The translations under genes and the position numbers were made by a program. Below are positions 20,518 to 31,924 of a stretch of 64,000 nucleotides of DNA, one piece after another (within the stretch, counting starts at the first letter, position 1; the number at the start of each line of letters is the position of its first letter). The notes under the pieces were generated by a model. That model saw nothing but the letters and a program-made list of their open reading frames with translations. It was not told the origin of the DNA and searched no databases. Source of the DNA: Oopsacas minuta (lineage: Eukaryota; Animalia; Porifera); NCBI GenBank assembly GCA_024704765.1, contig JAKMXF010000318.1, positions 248,001 through 312,000 on the forward strand, read 5' to 3'.

Positions 20518-21488
20518 GAAAAACAATAGAGTATGGACAGAGACTATCTCATCTCCAGAACGCACTACAGGACATGTACCTACAGGAACCTCTGTACGCC
20601 TCCTGTCTCATGATACACACCCTAGGTACAAACTCCCCACTCACTACTCATCTAGTAGGTACTAGTGTGGGACTAATAGAGAAGGATAAATTGACTGCTT
20701 GCATAGAAACAATCAATAAATGTTTGAAGAATATTCTAGAACATCCTGATGAAGATAAGTACAGAAGTATACGATGTGAAAGTAAAGTACTCAAAGATAA
20801 AGTATTGCCTGTTACAGGATCAGAGCTATTCCTCAGTTCAGTAGGATTTGTACAAGAGCTGAATGACTATCAGGGAAACGAAGTGTTATTCTACGTTCTA
20901 GCTAAACCCAAAAATGTTGATGAAGTAGCTACACAGATGGAACACTTGACTACTGCTTTTGATATGTTGAATAATGTGACTCCTGTAAAGTTAGAATTGA
21001 ATAGAGACATACATGTATATAAAGCTACGTCATCAGTTAACAGATTCCCAGAACTACCTTCATCATTCTTTATCCTAAAACCGGAAGAAGTTATGAAAGA
21101 GAATCAGCTGAGAAGAGAACAGGTGGAGATTAATGAGATGTTATTAACTCGTGCTCAGAGAGAGAGACTAGAACAACAAACTACTAGACAGTATCAGTTC
21201 TGTGTGGTAAGAGTCAGATTGCCGGAAGGAATAGTTCTGCAAGCAACTTTCAGAGCTAAAGAGAAACTGAGTGATTTGTTTTATTTCCTAAGTCAGTCGC
21301 TTAGAAACGAAGCTATGCAATTTTCATTATTTCATCAGGGTGGTAAGAAATTAGAAAATATGAATCTATCTCTCCAAGAAGCTGAGCTAGTCCCTGCCGC
21401 ACTCGTGAACTTACGTATTGACTTAGGTTCACAGACTGATGCAATTCTAAAACCATCCTTAATGAGAAATATTGAAAGAATGAGCTAA
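20518..21488 (+). CDS. UBXN6: UBXN6 3' exon(s): PUB and UBX domains
   Basis: Acceptor TTTATAG|GA at 20517 restores CPLTGKTIEYGQRLSHLQNAL; PUB (NILEHPDEDKYRSI), UBX (VRVRLPEGIVLQATF, LVPAALV). Confidence 0.9.
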
Positions 21489-21742
21489 TTGATTCTAGGA
21501 TGGCACGAACCACTGAATTATTTGTTTTTCATACTACGTCACTGGAATTAATTACTGAGAAACTCAAATTGTTAATTAATTGACTCACCTTGTATGGTAG
21601 TGACATATATGTCAATGATTGCTTGCAACTTCATATTTATGAAGAGATAGCTACATGTTTGGTATAAAAGTGTGCTATAGCTGAAGTTGTATAAATTCTC
21701 TGCATTTTTGTTTCGATATTATACACATATATTATATTATTA

Positions 21743-23020
21743 ATGGCTTCTAATATTACTGAATTTGAGAGTTTTGAGACTTTGGTAGAGAAGCTCCGTC
21801 AGGAAATCAGATGCAGATGTCACGAGTTAGTATGGATTATACAGACAAGAGAGTCAGAGCTGTTGAAAGAATTAGAATCAATTGCTATACCCCAAAAGGA
21901 TCGGAAGAGACAGGAAGGAAAATTAAAAGAACTCAGAGATCTCTATGACCTGAATGAACGTAACTTCAGATCTAACGAGCTACAAGCTGTACAGCAGAAT
22001 ATTCTAGAGGGATTGAGTAATGAGATTAACAAGTTAAAGAAAGAATTAACTCTCCCATATGGTTTCTCTTATAACCCAGATATTGTTCAAAATCTGAGAG
22101 ATTTCGGTGAACTTAAGACGATTGTAGCTAAACAGCCTATTCCACCAGTTCCATCCTACAAACCTCCTCTTCCATCAAGTACAATTGTGCCTAAGCCTGC
22201 TGTCTCTGTCTACAGCACGATAACGCATCCTATATACGGTGTGTGCAATAAAGGAAATGGAAGCGAGGATCTGGATAGAGCATGGGGTATAGATATACAC
22301 TATCCAACAGGGAATATATTCATAGCGGATCAATGTAACCATAGGATACAGGTATTTAATGGGGACGGTGTACATCTACTCACGTACTTAGTCTCATCGG
22401 GTAGAGGGCAGATGAAATGGCCAATATGTCTAGCAATACATAATGATAAGCTATTTGTCAGTCAGCACGGTAACGATTGTGTAACTGTATTTGGAATGAA
22501 GGGCTCTTTCGTAAACCAGTTCGGAAAGTCAGGCAAGAAGAACGGAGAGTTCAAATCTCCTCGTGGAATAACCATGGAGGAAATGAGTGGAGACATTTTC
22601 GTATGTGACTACGGTAACAACAGAGTACAGGTATTCACTGGAGATTACAAATTCAAGTCTAAATTTGGTATATTTATCCATCCTATGTGTATACAGCTAT
22701 CTGGTACCTGTATTATCGTACTAGATGAAGGGAACCCTTGTTTGCATATTTATAATCTTAACCAAACTCTGAAGAGAAGCATTATCAGCAATGGACTGTT
22801 TGGACAAGTACGGTCTCCAAGGACATTCTGTCTAGACTCTATTGGGAATATTCTAATGACGGATAATGACTGTAATTGTATATGTATCTTCAATCCAGCG
22901 GGAGTACTCGTCCACCAGATTACCAAGGGTGTTCTAAGACCCGTAGGGGTCACACTTGACACCAGAGGTCGGATAGTACTCGTATCTCATCGTGACGATG
23001 ACTGTCTACAATTCTTCTAA
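21743..23020 (+). CDS. Coiled-coil + NHL-repeat beta-propeller protein (TRIM-NHL-like, no RING/B-box)
   Basis: N-terminal coiled coil, Pro-rich linker, NHL repeats (AWGIDI..IFIADQCNHRIQVF, SPRGI..IFVCDYGNNRVQVF). Confidence 0.85.
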   Translation: MASNITEFESFETLVEKLRQEIRCRCHELVWIIQTRESELLKELESIAIPQKDRKRQEGKLKELRDLYDLNERNFRSNELQAVQQNILEGLSNEINKLKKELTLPYGFSYNPDIVQNLRDFGELKTIVAKQPIPPVPSYKPPLPSSTIVPKPAVSVYSTITHPIYGVCNKGNGSEDLDRAWGIDIHYPTGNIFIADQCNHRIQVFNGDGVHLLTYLVSSGRGQMKWPICLAIHNDKLFVSQHGNDCVTVFGMKGSFVNQFGKSGKKNGEFKSPRGITMEEMSGDIFVCDYGNNRVQVFTGDYKFKSKFGIFIHPMCIQLSGTCIIVLDEGNPCLHIYNLNQTLKRSIISNGLFGQVRSPRTFCLDSIGNILMTDNDCNCICIFNPAGVLVHQITKGVLRPVGVTLDTRGRIVLVSHRDDDCLQFF

Positions 23021-23109
23021 TATTATCTATACATGTATTCTATATATTGTTGGTTTGAGTAGTGTAAATATTTGCAACTAAACATTATTAATTTTTATTC
23101 AACAGTGCA

Positions 23110-24642
23110 ATGTTTTCTGACGCAGAAACACAAGTAGTAGATATAATCTCCAGATGGTTATATTCTAAATCTAAAGATGATAACTCTACTCAGACGGCTA
23201 ATATACTCATTACTTCACAAGGGTGTAATTCTACTGAGCTAGCAGAGGTACCATGTCAAACTGATGAGACAATAGTGGAAGATAAGGAGATGGCAGAGGA
23301 TAGCAACCCTTCTGCTACATTGGAATTCCTCCTTAGAGTAGAGCCTGAAATTACAAAGATTCTAAAGCAGAATTTGCTTAGTCATGCATTTGATAGTTGT
23401 AGTCTATCTTGGGATAATATAACTCCTGATAAGAAAACAGGACCTCTATTCACTCTTAAACACAAACCCCCATCTGATTCAGAGACTGACATGCCAGTAA
23501 CAGCTTTGACATGGAGTGCTACTGGGAGTGTTATAGCAGCTGGTTACGGACACTTCAACCATATTGACCTGTGTTGGCACAAATCTAGTTTATTAACATG
23601 GAATCTGGATAGACACGCTTCTAAAGCAGCTGATCCTGATACAAGTCTACTAGTAGATAATTGTATTATGTCTCTAGCATTTCATCCTGAGAGAGCTGTT
23701 ATACTGACTGGGGGGGTGTTCAATGGTAATATTATAGTGTGGGATCTGGGTAGAGAGGATGAACATGCAGTAGTTAGTACTTTTCTATTACAATTTGGAC
23801 ATACAGATCCAGTTAATCAGATTCAATGGATAAAATCAGGAAATAAATCTAGACTCAAACAGTATAATATACTCAGTTTTGGTGGAGATGGTAGGATTAT
23901 TATATGGGAGGTAGAATTGGTTAAGAAGTCTATTGTACCTATGTTCCAATGCAGACTGGTCACTTCATGTATTCCCAAGAATATACGGGTTAAAAAAGGC
24001 AGAGCTCAAGATGCACTGGGTATCTCTTATGCTGGATTATCCCATGATGACAGCAAGATATTAATAGTAGGCACAGAGGGAGGAAATGTGTTTAAATGTT
24101 CTCTACACGGTATAGTGCTTAAGGAGAGAACACTACTGGATAAAGTAATAGAAGATAGTATTGTTAATCTAGCATTTAAGCCTATTATCGGCCCAATATA
24201 CAGTGTATCATGCTCTTACTTCCACAGAAATATATTCTTAACTTGTGGTACTGATGCTGCTGTGTCTATATACTCTATGCTAGACATTAATCCTATAATG
24301 ATGATACATACTAACTCACATCATTATCTTTTTTGCGCTGAGTGGTCGCCTTTTCGCCCTGGAGTGTTTATTTGTGGGAGTGGTAGTGGTGAAATACTGA
24401 TTTATGATATATGTCATTCACGTCACGTCCCTGTAGATACGATACTAACTAACATAGAGAAGAGACCCGTGTATACTGTGAAGTTTAACGAGAAGAGAAG
24501 ACAACTAGTAGCTAGTGGAGATGGTACGGGTACTGTTGTTATATGGGAGCTAAGTAGTGAGTTGTGTAATCAAAAACAGAATGAGTTAAAAGTTCTAGAA
24601 AGATTACATGCTAATGCACGTGATGTATCACATATTGTATAA
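23110..24642 (+). CDS. DYNC2I2: Dynein-2 intermediate chain WDR34
   Basis: FLLRVEPEITKILKQNLLSHAFD, LTWSATGSVIAAGYG, WD40 repeats, YFHRNIFLTCG, WSPFRPGVF. Confidence 0.88.
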   Translation: MFSDAETQVVDIISRWLYSKSKDDNSTQTANILITSQGCNSTELAEVPCQTDETIVEDKEMAEDSNPSATLEFLLRVEPEITKILKQNLLSHAFDSCSLSWDNITPDKKTGPLFTLKHKPPSDSETDMPVTALTWSATGSVIAAGYGHFNHIDLCWHKSSLLTWNLDRHASKAADPDTSLLVDNCIMSLAFHPERAVILTGGVFNGNIIVWDLGREDEHAVVSTFLLQFGHTDPVNQIQWIKSGNKSRLKQYNILSFGGDGRIIIWEVELVKKSIVPMFQCRLVTSCIPKNIRVKKGRAQDALGISYAGLSHDDSKILIVGTEGGNVFKCSLHGIVLKERTLLDKVIEDSIVNLAFKPIIGPIYSVSCSYFHRNIFLTCGTDAAVSIYSMLDINPIMMIHTNSHHYLFCAEWSPFRPGVFICGSGSGEILIYDICHSRHVPVDTILTNIEKRPVYTVKFNEKRRQLVASGDGTGTVVIWELSSELCNQKQNELKVLERLHANARDVSHIV

Positions 24643-24712
24643 TATGTTATAAAATGAACACTTAAATTGGTATAGGACGTCCAAGGGTGAAAAGGTGGTA
24701 ATTCCAGAATTA

Positions 24713-25424
24713 ACGGGTGAGTACTAAAAAATTAGACAATTTTCATCTTGTTTGAGTATGTAACAATTATCAACAGAGTATTGTATAATTCGATCATATT
24801 TGTTTAATTACATTTTCATTTAGCTAGAACTCAATGGATCGCTGCTAATGGGCCATTGTCTGCAGATTTTCGGATATTCGTCTTGACAATTCTTGTTCGA
24901 GTTTGCTATCTGGGACTCGCTTACATTTACGATATGTAACACCATTCTCTTTGATAATCTTACGAACATATGATTGAGAGATATCGAATTTTCGAGCCAT
25001 TTTTCTGGTGGAGACTCCAATTTTATTGCTAATTTTGCACAATAGAGATCGCCGGAGCCTCTTGGGCATTTTGACAGACTTGCGACCGCTACCCAACTTC
25101 CTGTTTAGGGTTCCTCTATTCTTGATAGTAGAAATGATGTTGTAGATAGTAGATCTTGCGATTCCAAACGCCAAAAAATGCTTAACAGTATAAGAAATCC
25201 CATACTCATAATTTTTACGAAAAAATTGTCCAATAATGTGTCGCCGTTGTGTCACTTTCAAATGATCCATCTCCAGATGCTATGTTCTAAAATAATCGAA
25301 AATGGTTTGAATTTGAAATCTATATACAAGTAATGCATTGGTGAAAAAAAGATTTATGAATTTGGAAATATCTCGTTGTTATGGTGAACTACAAAATATG
25401 TCTGAAAGTTTAGTGCTCACCAGT
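24713..25424 (-). mobile_element. Internally deleted Tc1/mariner-superfamily (maT/DD37D-like) element, 712 bp
   Basis: 26-bp TIRs 24713-24738 and 25399-25424 (20/26 match), TA at 24711-12 and 25425-26; contains a transposase fragment. Confidence 0.8.
24845..25270 (-). pseudogene. Truncated transposase (N-terminal HTH DNA-binding region only)
   Basis: GIARSTIYNII, RKLGSGR, STRKMARKFDISQSYVRKII, YRKCKRVP; no DDD catalytic domain; W-P-like remnant in another frame. Confidence 0.75.
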
Positions 25425-25513
25425 TATTTATGGTTCAGCCACTTTGAATGGCTATATCTCAAAATAATCGGGCCATGTTTAATGTATTGGTTCCTTAATT
25501 AGTTTATAAATTG

Positions 25514-26101
25514 ATGAGTTCGTTCTTGCGACTGTTGTCTATATACTCTCAAAAACAAAGTATTATTTCTAAAACATTGTGCTCCAACTATCTTATATTC
25601 ACTCCACAAGCTAACAGAGCCTCTACTGAAAGTGTATTCCAGTCAATTAACTCTAAACTAACTTTTCAGAGAGATGGACATACTAGTCAATTGGAAAAGG
25701 AATTACCGACATCTGTACCTATAGATTATAAAAAAGTGTTACTGCTAGTAAAGAGTTTTAACTGTATTCACGTTAGGATCACTAAACACAATGTAATCAC
25801 TACTCTCACAACACCAGAGGGAAAACCTCTAGATTTCGCAACCTGTGGGCTGCTTGGCTTCAAGAACGCTAGGAAAAGAACAGAGTTTGCTTCTACTGCA
25901 GTTGGTAAATGTATTGGTGAAAAAGCATTAGCAAAACGTGTCAAACAGGTTCACATAAAGATACAAGGCCTGGCTATGAATAGGAGATTAGCTACTGTTA
26001 AAGGAATTGTCAGTTCAGGACTGAAGGTAATGGCTATAACAGACAACACACCGCTACCCTTTAGTAAGGGTAGGAAACCACCAGCTGTTCGCTCCTTATA
26101 G
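25514..26101 (+). CDS. MRPS11: Mitochondrial ribosomal protein uS11m
   Basis: IHVRITKHNVITTL, CGLLGFKNARKRT, VHIKIQG, ITDNTPLP; basic N-terminal presequence. Confidence 0.88.
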   Translation: MSSFLRLLSIYSQKQSIISKTLCSNYLIFTPQANRASTESVFQSINSKLTFQRDGHTSQLEKELPTSVPIDYKKVLLLVKSFNCIHVRITKHNVITTLTTPEGKPLDFATCGLLGFKNARKRTEFASTAVGKCIGEKALAKRVKQVHIKIQGLAMNRRLATVKGIVSSGLKVMAITDNTPLPFSKGRKPPAVRSL

Positions 26102-26194
26102 GTCAATTAGCAAATAAATAATATTAAATTGTTATTATTTGACAGGGGGTAATAAAGTGTAAAGACATAACAAAGTGGTATAGTATAAAAATAG

Positions 26195-27595
<1,401 letters not shown>

Positions 27596-27671
27596 ATAAT
27601 ACATTATTGTTTATGGGCTATAATTGGTTCAATATTATTCTAATGCTAATTAGTACTTTTAATATTAGACA

Positions 27672-28522
27672 ATGGGAGAAGATTTAGTATACGCGGAGCT
27701 ACCCCCTGATGAGGGATTAGAGATCTACGAGGAGTTGGTTACAGAAATGGGACAGCCTGTTGAAAAACCTGCTCAAACAAATGGACCTCCTCCTGTACCT
27801 TCATCTAATAGACCGCTACCCCAGGCACCCTCACTCCCTGAGAGAAATCAAGTAACGCCACAGAGAGCGCCGCCTATTGCAGGTAAAGGTAATAAATCTA
27901 CCTTTTTTGACCAACAGCCATCACCTACCAAGAGGCCAGCTGCTGCTTTGCCCCCTGTTCCTACTCAACCGGTACATGCAGGAGGAGAGGAGCTCAGGGT
28001 CTCACAGGCCTTCCAGATCTTCATACAGTCCAAGAAGACTGGTACCTCCAAATCACGATACTCTACCCCCTGGGCCAAGAGGACAGATACAAGTGGTCAA
28101 GAGATGGAGTTTATATCTCTACAAGGATCTGATTCTAACATTCCATTTGTACCACCTAATATCCTGGTGAAGATGCCAGAAGCAACTGAAGTAGCTACTG
28201 GGAATTATTTACGTCTTTTCATCCCTCCAGCTTCCTCTTCACAGCAACCTCCACAAAGATCTACAGCTGGTATAGAGATGGAAAACTCTACAGCAGCTGG
28301 AGAGGATGGTCAAGAACTTGTCTATGATGATACAATCAATGCTAACACAGAGGAGACTTATGATGACGTACTTCAAAAACCAGACGTAATACCTAAAACA
28401 GCTGACGATTTTAACCAGGATACACATAATGACGTAAATATTAAACCATCTGAAGAAACGTATGATGACGTAACAGTAAGACAGGAGGATACTTATGATG
28501 ACGTAATCCAAAAACCAAATAA
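27672..28522 (+). CDS. Exon 1 of a FYB/ADAP/PRAM1-like adaptor (Pro-rich region + YDDV repeats)
   Basis: PPPVP and RPLP motifs, repeated (E/D)TYDDV; frame ends at a consensus donor AA|GTAAG (28523, phase 2). Confidence 0.7.
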
Positions 28523-28574
28523 GTAAGCTATTCGTCAAAGTAATAATATTATCCATATGTAGATTCTATAGCAG

Positions 28575-29559
28575 CTATTTGTTAGCTTTTGGATCCATGG
28601 TTATTATTAGAGCAATGAGATCCTCACTTCCTTCATCTAACCAGAATTCACACTTCTCTGTCACTAGCAGACTGTCCTGTTTCTTGAGATTATCCACCTC
28701 TACTGTACCAGCTGTTGTCTTGACTGTAGCTTTACAGCTTCCTTCTAACACCCAGATGAATGCTTCTAGTCCAGCTGGTGTGGTTGATGGTCCGTACTTT
28801 GCACCCTTAACCGCCTCGACCCTCAGCTCTCCTTTTCCGAATATTGAGCTGGTAGTGTTATGTTTCATATTTGACAGGTAGGTGTTGAGTGTCATGGGAG
28901 CTGTCACTTCTGTCGAGACGTCTAACTTGATGGGAGGGTCTGTGAACACCCTACCAGCTGGGGGTTGTCCAGTCTTGTGTTCCTCTGATGCGAAATATTC
29001 TCCTATCACTGGACCTAATAAATGCAGTAGAATAAATCTAATTAATATATATGTTTAGTGAATAGCATACCTAACTGCTTTCCTAGATCATAGCAATAAA
29101 ACCATTTCTCCCATAGAATATCAGTAGACCCCTCCTGATAGTATCTCAATCCATCTGTCTCGTGTTCGTATCTCTCTCTCTCTACCACTAGTCCTACTGT
29201 ATTAGCTTGTCTCTGAGGAGAATGGGGTATCCTGCTGGGTAGTTGGAACATCTCGCCTTCCTTTATTACTATATCTTTGTGTTGCCCTATACAATTATAA
29301 TATAATTTGTTTTTACTTATATAAATGTTTGTATACCTTTCTCTACAATCTTCAGTACCATGTCTCCTCTTATTTGATAGAACAACTCCTCCCCTTCTTC
29401 CATATGGTAATCCTTTCTGACATTAGGACCTCCTATGAACATTATCTTTAGTTGTCCTGCCCCATGCATCAACTTGTTGCAGACAGGAGGGACGAAGCTT
29501 GGCTCGTTTGTAGTTATCCAATCTGGGATGTTGAATAGTAGAGTATCACTCGCGGCCAT
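28575..29559 (-). CDS. HAAO: 3-hydroxyanthranilate 3,4-dioxygenase; exons 29337-29559, 29071-29286, 28575-29014 (292 aa); nested antisense in the FYB-like intron
   Basis: [49 protein letters not shown]; 50- and 56-nt GT-AG introns give 879 nt in frame. Confidence 0.95.
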
Positions 29560-29819
29560 TTGCTTTAGAGATTTGTAATATCGCTTGTATGCGAAAACAG
29601 TATTCTCTATAAATTAACCTCCTCTAATGTAACTATTTTGGTTTCGTAATAGTTCACGATTATACAACATATTGCATAAGTATGACAGCATAGCAATTCT
29701 TCTATCCTGTATTTCCCCTCTAATCTATATTTCTTCATTCATATAAATGATTTTCAGAATGACAGAATATTTTGACACTTTTGGATTATAAATAGTAACA
29801 AATCCATGAGTTACCTTAC

Positions 29820-30194
29820 ATGGCAGAAGCTACGCCAGCTGGATTAGTAGATAAGCTGCGACTAATAGAGTTTATATTAGTTGATAATTGGGCGGAGATA
29901 TGTCATGGAGTTAGGTTTAAGGATCTGTTGGATATCAATAAACTAGCTCGTACTAAGGCTGTAGAGTTTAAAGATAAAATGAGAGATCCCCGCTTCACAG
30001 AGGAAGAGAGAGCTATCGTATCGAATGAGAACTTATATGCTATAAGAACTCTAGCGAGTAAATCTAGTAAGGATAGACAATCAGCTGATGAGAAGGGTGC
30101 GAAAAAATTGAGTGAGGAGAAGAGAGAGTTAGAGCAACAGAAGGAAGTTATAGAGCAAGAGTTAGCTAATGTCCATAAGCAACAGAAGAATTAG
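29820..30194 (+). CDS. Hypothetical 124-aa helical/coiled-coil protein inside the FYB-like intron
   Basis: ATG-to-TAG ORF with codon usage like neighbours; in-frame TAA at 29796 argues against it being a FYB exon. Confidence 0.5.
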   Translation: MAEATPAGLVDKLRLIEFILVDNWAEICHGVRFKDLLDINKLARTKAVEFKDKMRDPRFTEEERAIVSNENLYAIRTLASKSSKDRQSADEKGAKKLSEEKRELEQQKEVIEQELANVHKQQKN

Positions 30195-30345
30195 ACCTAT
30201 TTAGATATCATAAAGTCTCCCATGGGATATAGCATAGCTTTACAATCGCTACTGCTTCTTTGTAATATATTTGTGCGTTAACAAGATTTGTGTTTGTTTG
30301 TTACAATTAAAAACTGTTTATTATTAATTAATTGCATTCGTGTAG

Positions 30346-30778
30346 GAAGTTTGCTGTAACAGAGGAGTTAGTCTATGATGACGTAGAAATTACCCCTCGC
30401 GGGAGTAGGGCGAGTTCTCCCACTCCAAGCGGTAATTCTGTAGCTAGTGCTAGCTTGAAGACGAAAGACAAGAAACAACAGAAACTTGATAAAGACAAAG
30501 CTAAGAAACGAGACAAAAGTGTTAAACATTTCAAACAATTCGGTCTGAAGACGAGCGATCCTTCTATACAGGAATTAGTAGCTACTGTATCAAGCGAGAA
30601 GAGTAAAGATAAGGATATGTTACAAATCGCGATAGGCGAGAAAGTACAATTAGTTATGAGGGATCATCCTAAAATGAAGCCAGACATGTGGCTAGTAGAG
30701 AAATCTGATGGTACGATGGGACTAGCTCGAGCTAATATATTCGCAGAGGGAGAAGCTGAGCTGTATGAAACTTGCTAG
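30346..30778 (+). CDS. Exon 2 of the FYB/ADAP-like adaptor (YDDV + helically extended SH3 domain)
   Basis: Acceptor GTGTAG|G at 30345 is in frame with the phase-2 donor; ELVYDDVE, basic helix, LQIAIGEKVQLV, WLVEKSDGTMGL, ends ELYETC. Confidence 0.7.
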
Positions 30779-30810
30779 ACTATCAGTTCTACTTTATTTT
30801 GAAGTGTATA

Positions 30811-30840
30811 TATTTGTATATATTTGTATATATTTGTATA
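30811..30840. repeat. Tandem repeat (TATTTGTATA)x3 just downstream of the FYB-like stop
   Basis: Three exact 10-nt units read directly. Confidence 0.9.
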
Positions 30841-30984
30841 ATTATGTAAATATTCGGTAATTATAGTGTTGTTATAGCTGCTGTTAGTAAGTTTTGAGAT
30901 TTTAGATGAGTTATTTATGCTTATTATTTTAGGAAATGTATTTGTCTAAAAATGTAATTTTTTATAAATTATTGTAGCTCTATT

Positions 30985-31827
30985 ATGAGCGGTGTTACTG
31001 GGGATAGCAATGTGTTGTATGGACAACCTGATCACTTCTCTAAAGAGATGAAAGAGCTAATAAACTCTCCTAACTACTCAGATGTAAAGTTCTATGTAGG
31101 AGAGGATCGTACCCTATTCACAGGTCATAAATGTCTCCTATCTACCAGATGTGAGGTGTTTAAAGCTGTGTTTGACGCCCCAGTAGGAGACCCAGAAGCT
31201 CCACTGATTCTAGCGGATATAAGACCAAAGATATTCCATACAGTATTGGAGTATATCTACACGAATAGTGCTACTATTACTACTGATGGAGTATGTGATC
31301 TGCTAGCTGCTGCTGTAGAATTCAGTCTAGATGGATTGAAGAAGTTATGCAACCAATTTATGAGAGATTATTGTGATAAAGACTTGGTTTGTGAGTTCCT
31401 ACAAGCTGGCATATGTCATTCACAGGATCACATAGTAACACACTGTATTCAGTTCATTGAGGAGTATACAGAGGATGTTTTCTCATCTGTCAAATTCAAA
31501 GAGATATCAGAGCATGCATTACGTTGTGTGTTACAGAGTGATCGACTTAGAATAGATGAAGCTAAGTTGATAGGTTATGTCAAAGAATGGGCTCATATAA
31601 ATGCTGTAGTAACAGGAGAATCAATGGAGACTGTAGCTACTAATGTAATACAGTTTATACGTTTACCTATACTGGATGGAGAGACTCTGTCCCGTATAGA
31701 ATATGAGAATGAGAGTCTGCATTATATTCCGCTAAGTATGATAGCTTATGCTTGGAAATGTCATGCTCTGAAGCTCAGTAACCCCAAGGATCCACTACTG
31801 AGACATAGGAATCCTCCTGATAACTAA
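30985..31827 (+). CDS. BTBD19: BTB-BACK protein BTBD19
   Basis: LINSPNYSDVKFYVG, HKCLLSTRC, VLEYIYTNS, LQSDRLRIDE, AWKCHAL. Confidence 0.8.
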   Translation: MSGVTGDSNVLYGQPDHFSKEMKELINSPNYSDVKFYVGEDRTLFTGHKCLLSTRCEVFKAVFDAPVGDPEAPLILADIRPKIFHTVLEYIYTNSATITTDGVCDLLAAAVEFSLDGLKKLCNQFMRDYCDKDLVCEFLQAGICHSQDHIVTHCIQFIEEYTEDVFSSVKFKEISEHALRCVLQSDRLRIDEAKLIGYVKEWAHINAVVTGESMETVATNVIQFIRLPILDGETLSRIEYENESLHYIPLSMIAYAWKCHALKLSNPKDPLLRHRNPPDN

Positions 31828-31924
31828 TTTCCCATATTTACTTATTTGTTTATTTATATCTTAATTGTTTACTTTTTTCGTTATGTTTTATTGATTATCT
31901 GTAATTCTATAGTATAGCGTTCCA

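Noticed and set aside
24820-25020. Second transposase-like ORF
   Set aside because: Off-frame remnant within the deleted element, not an independent gene
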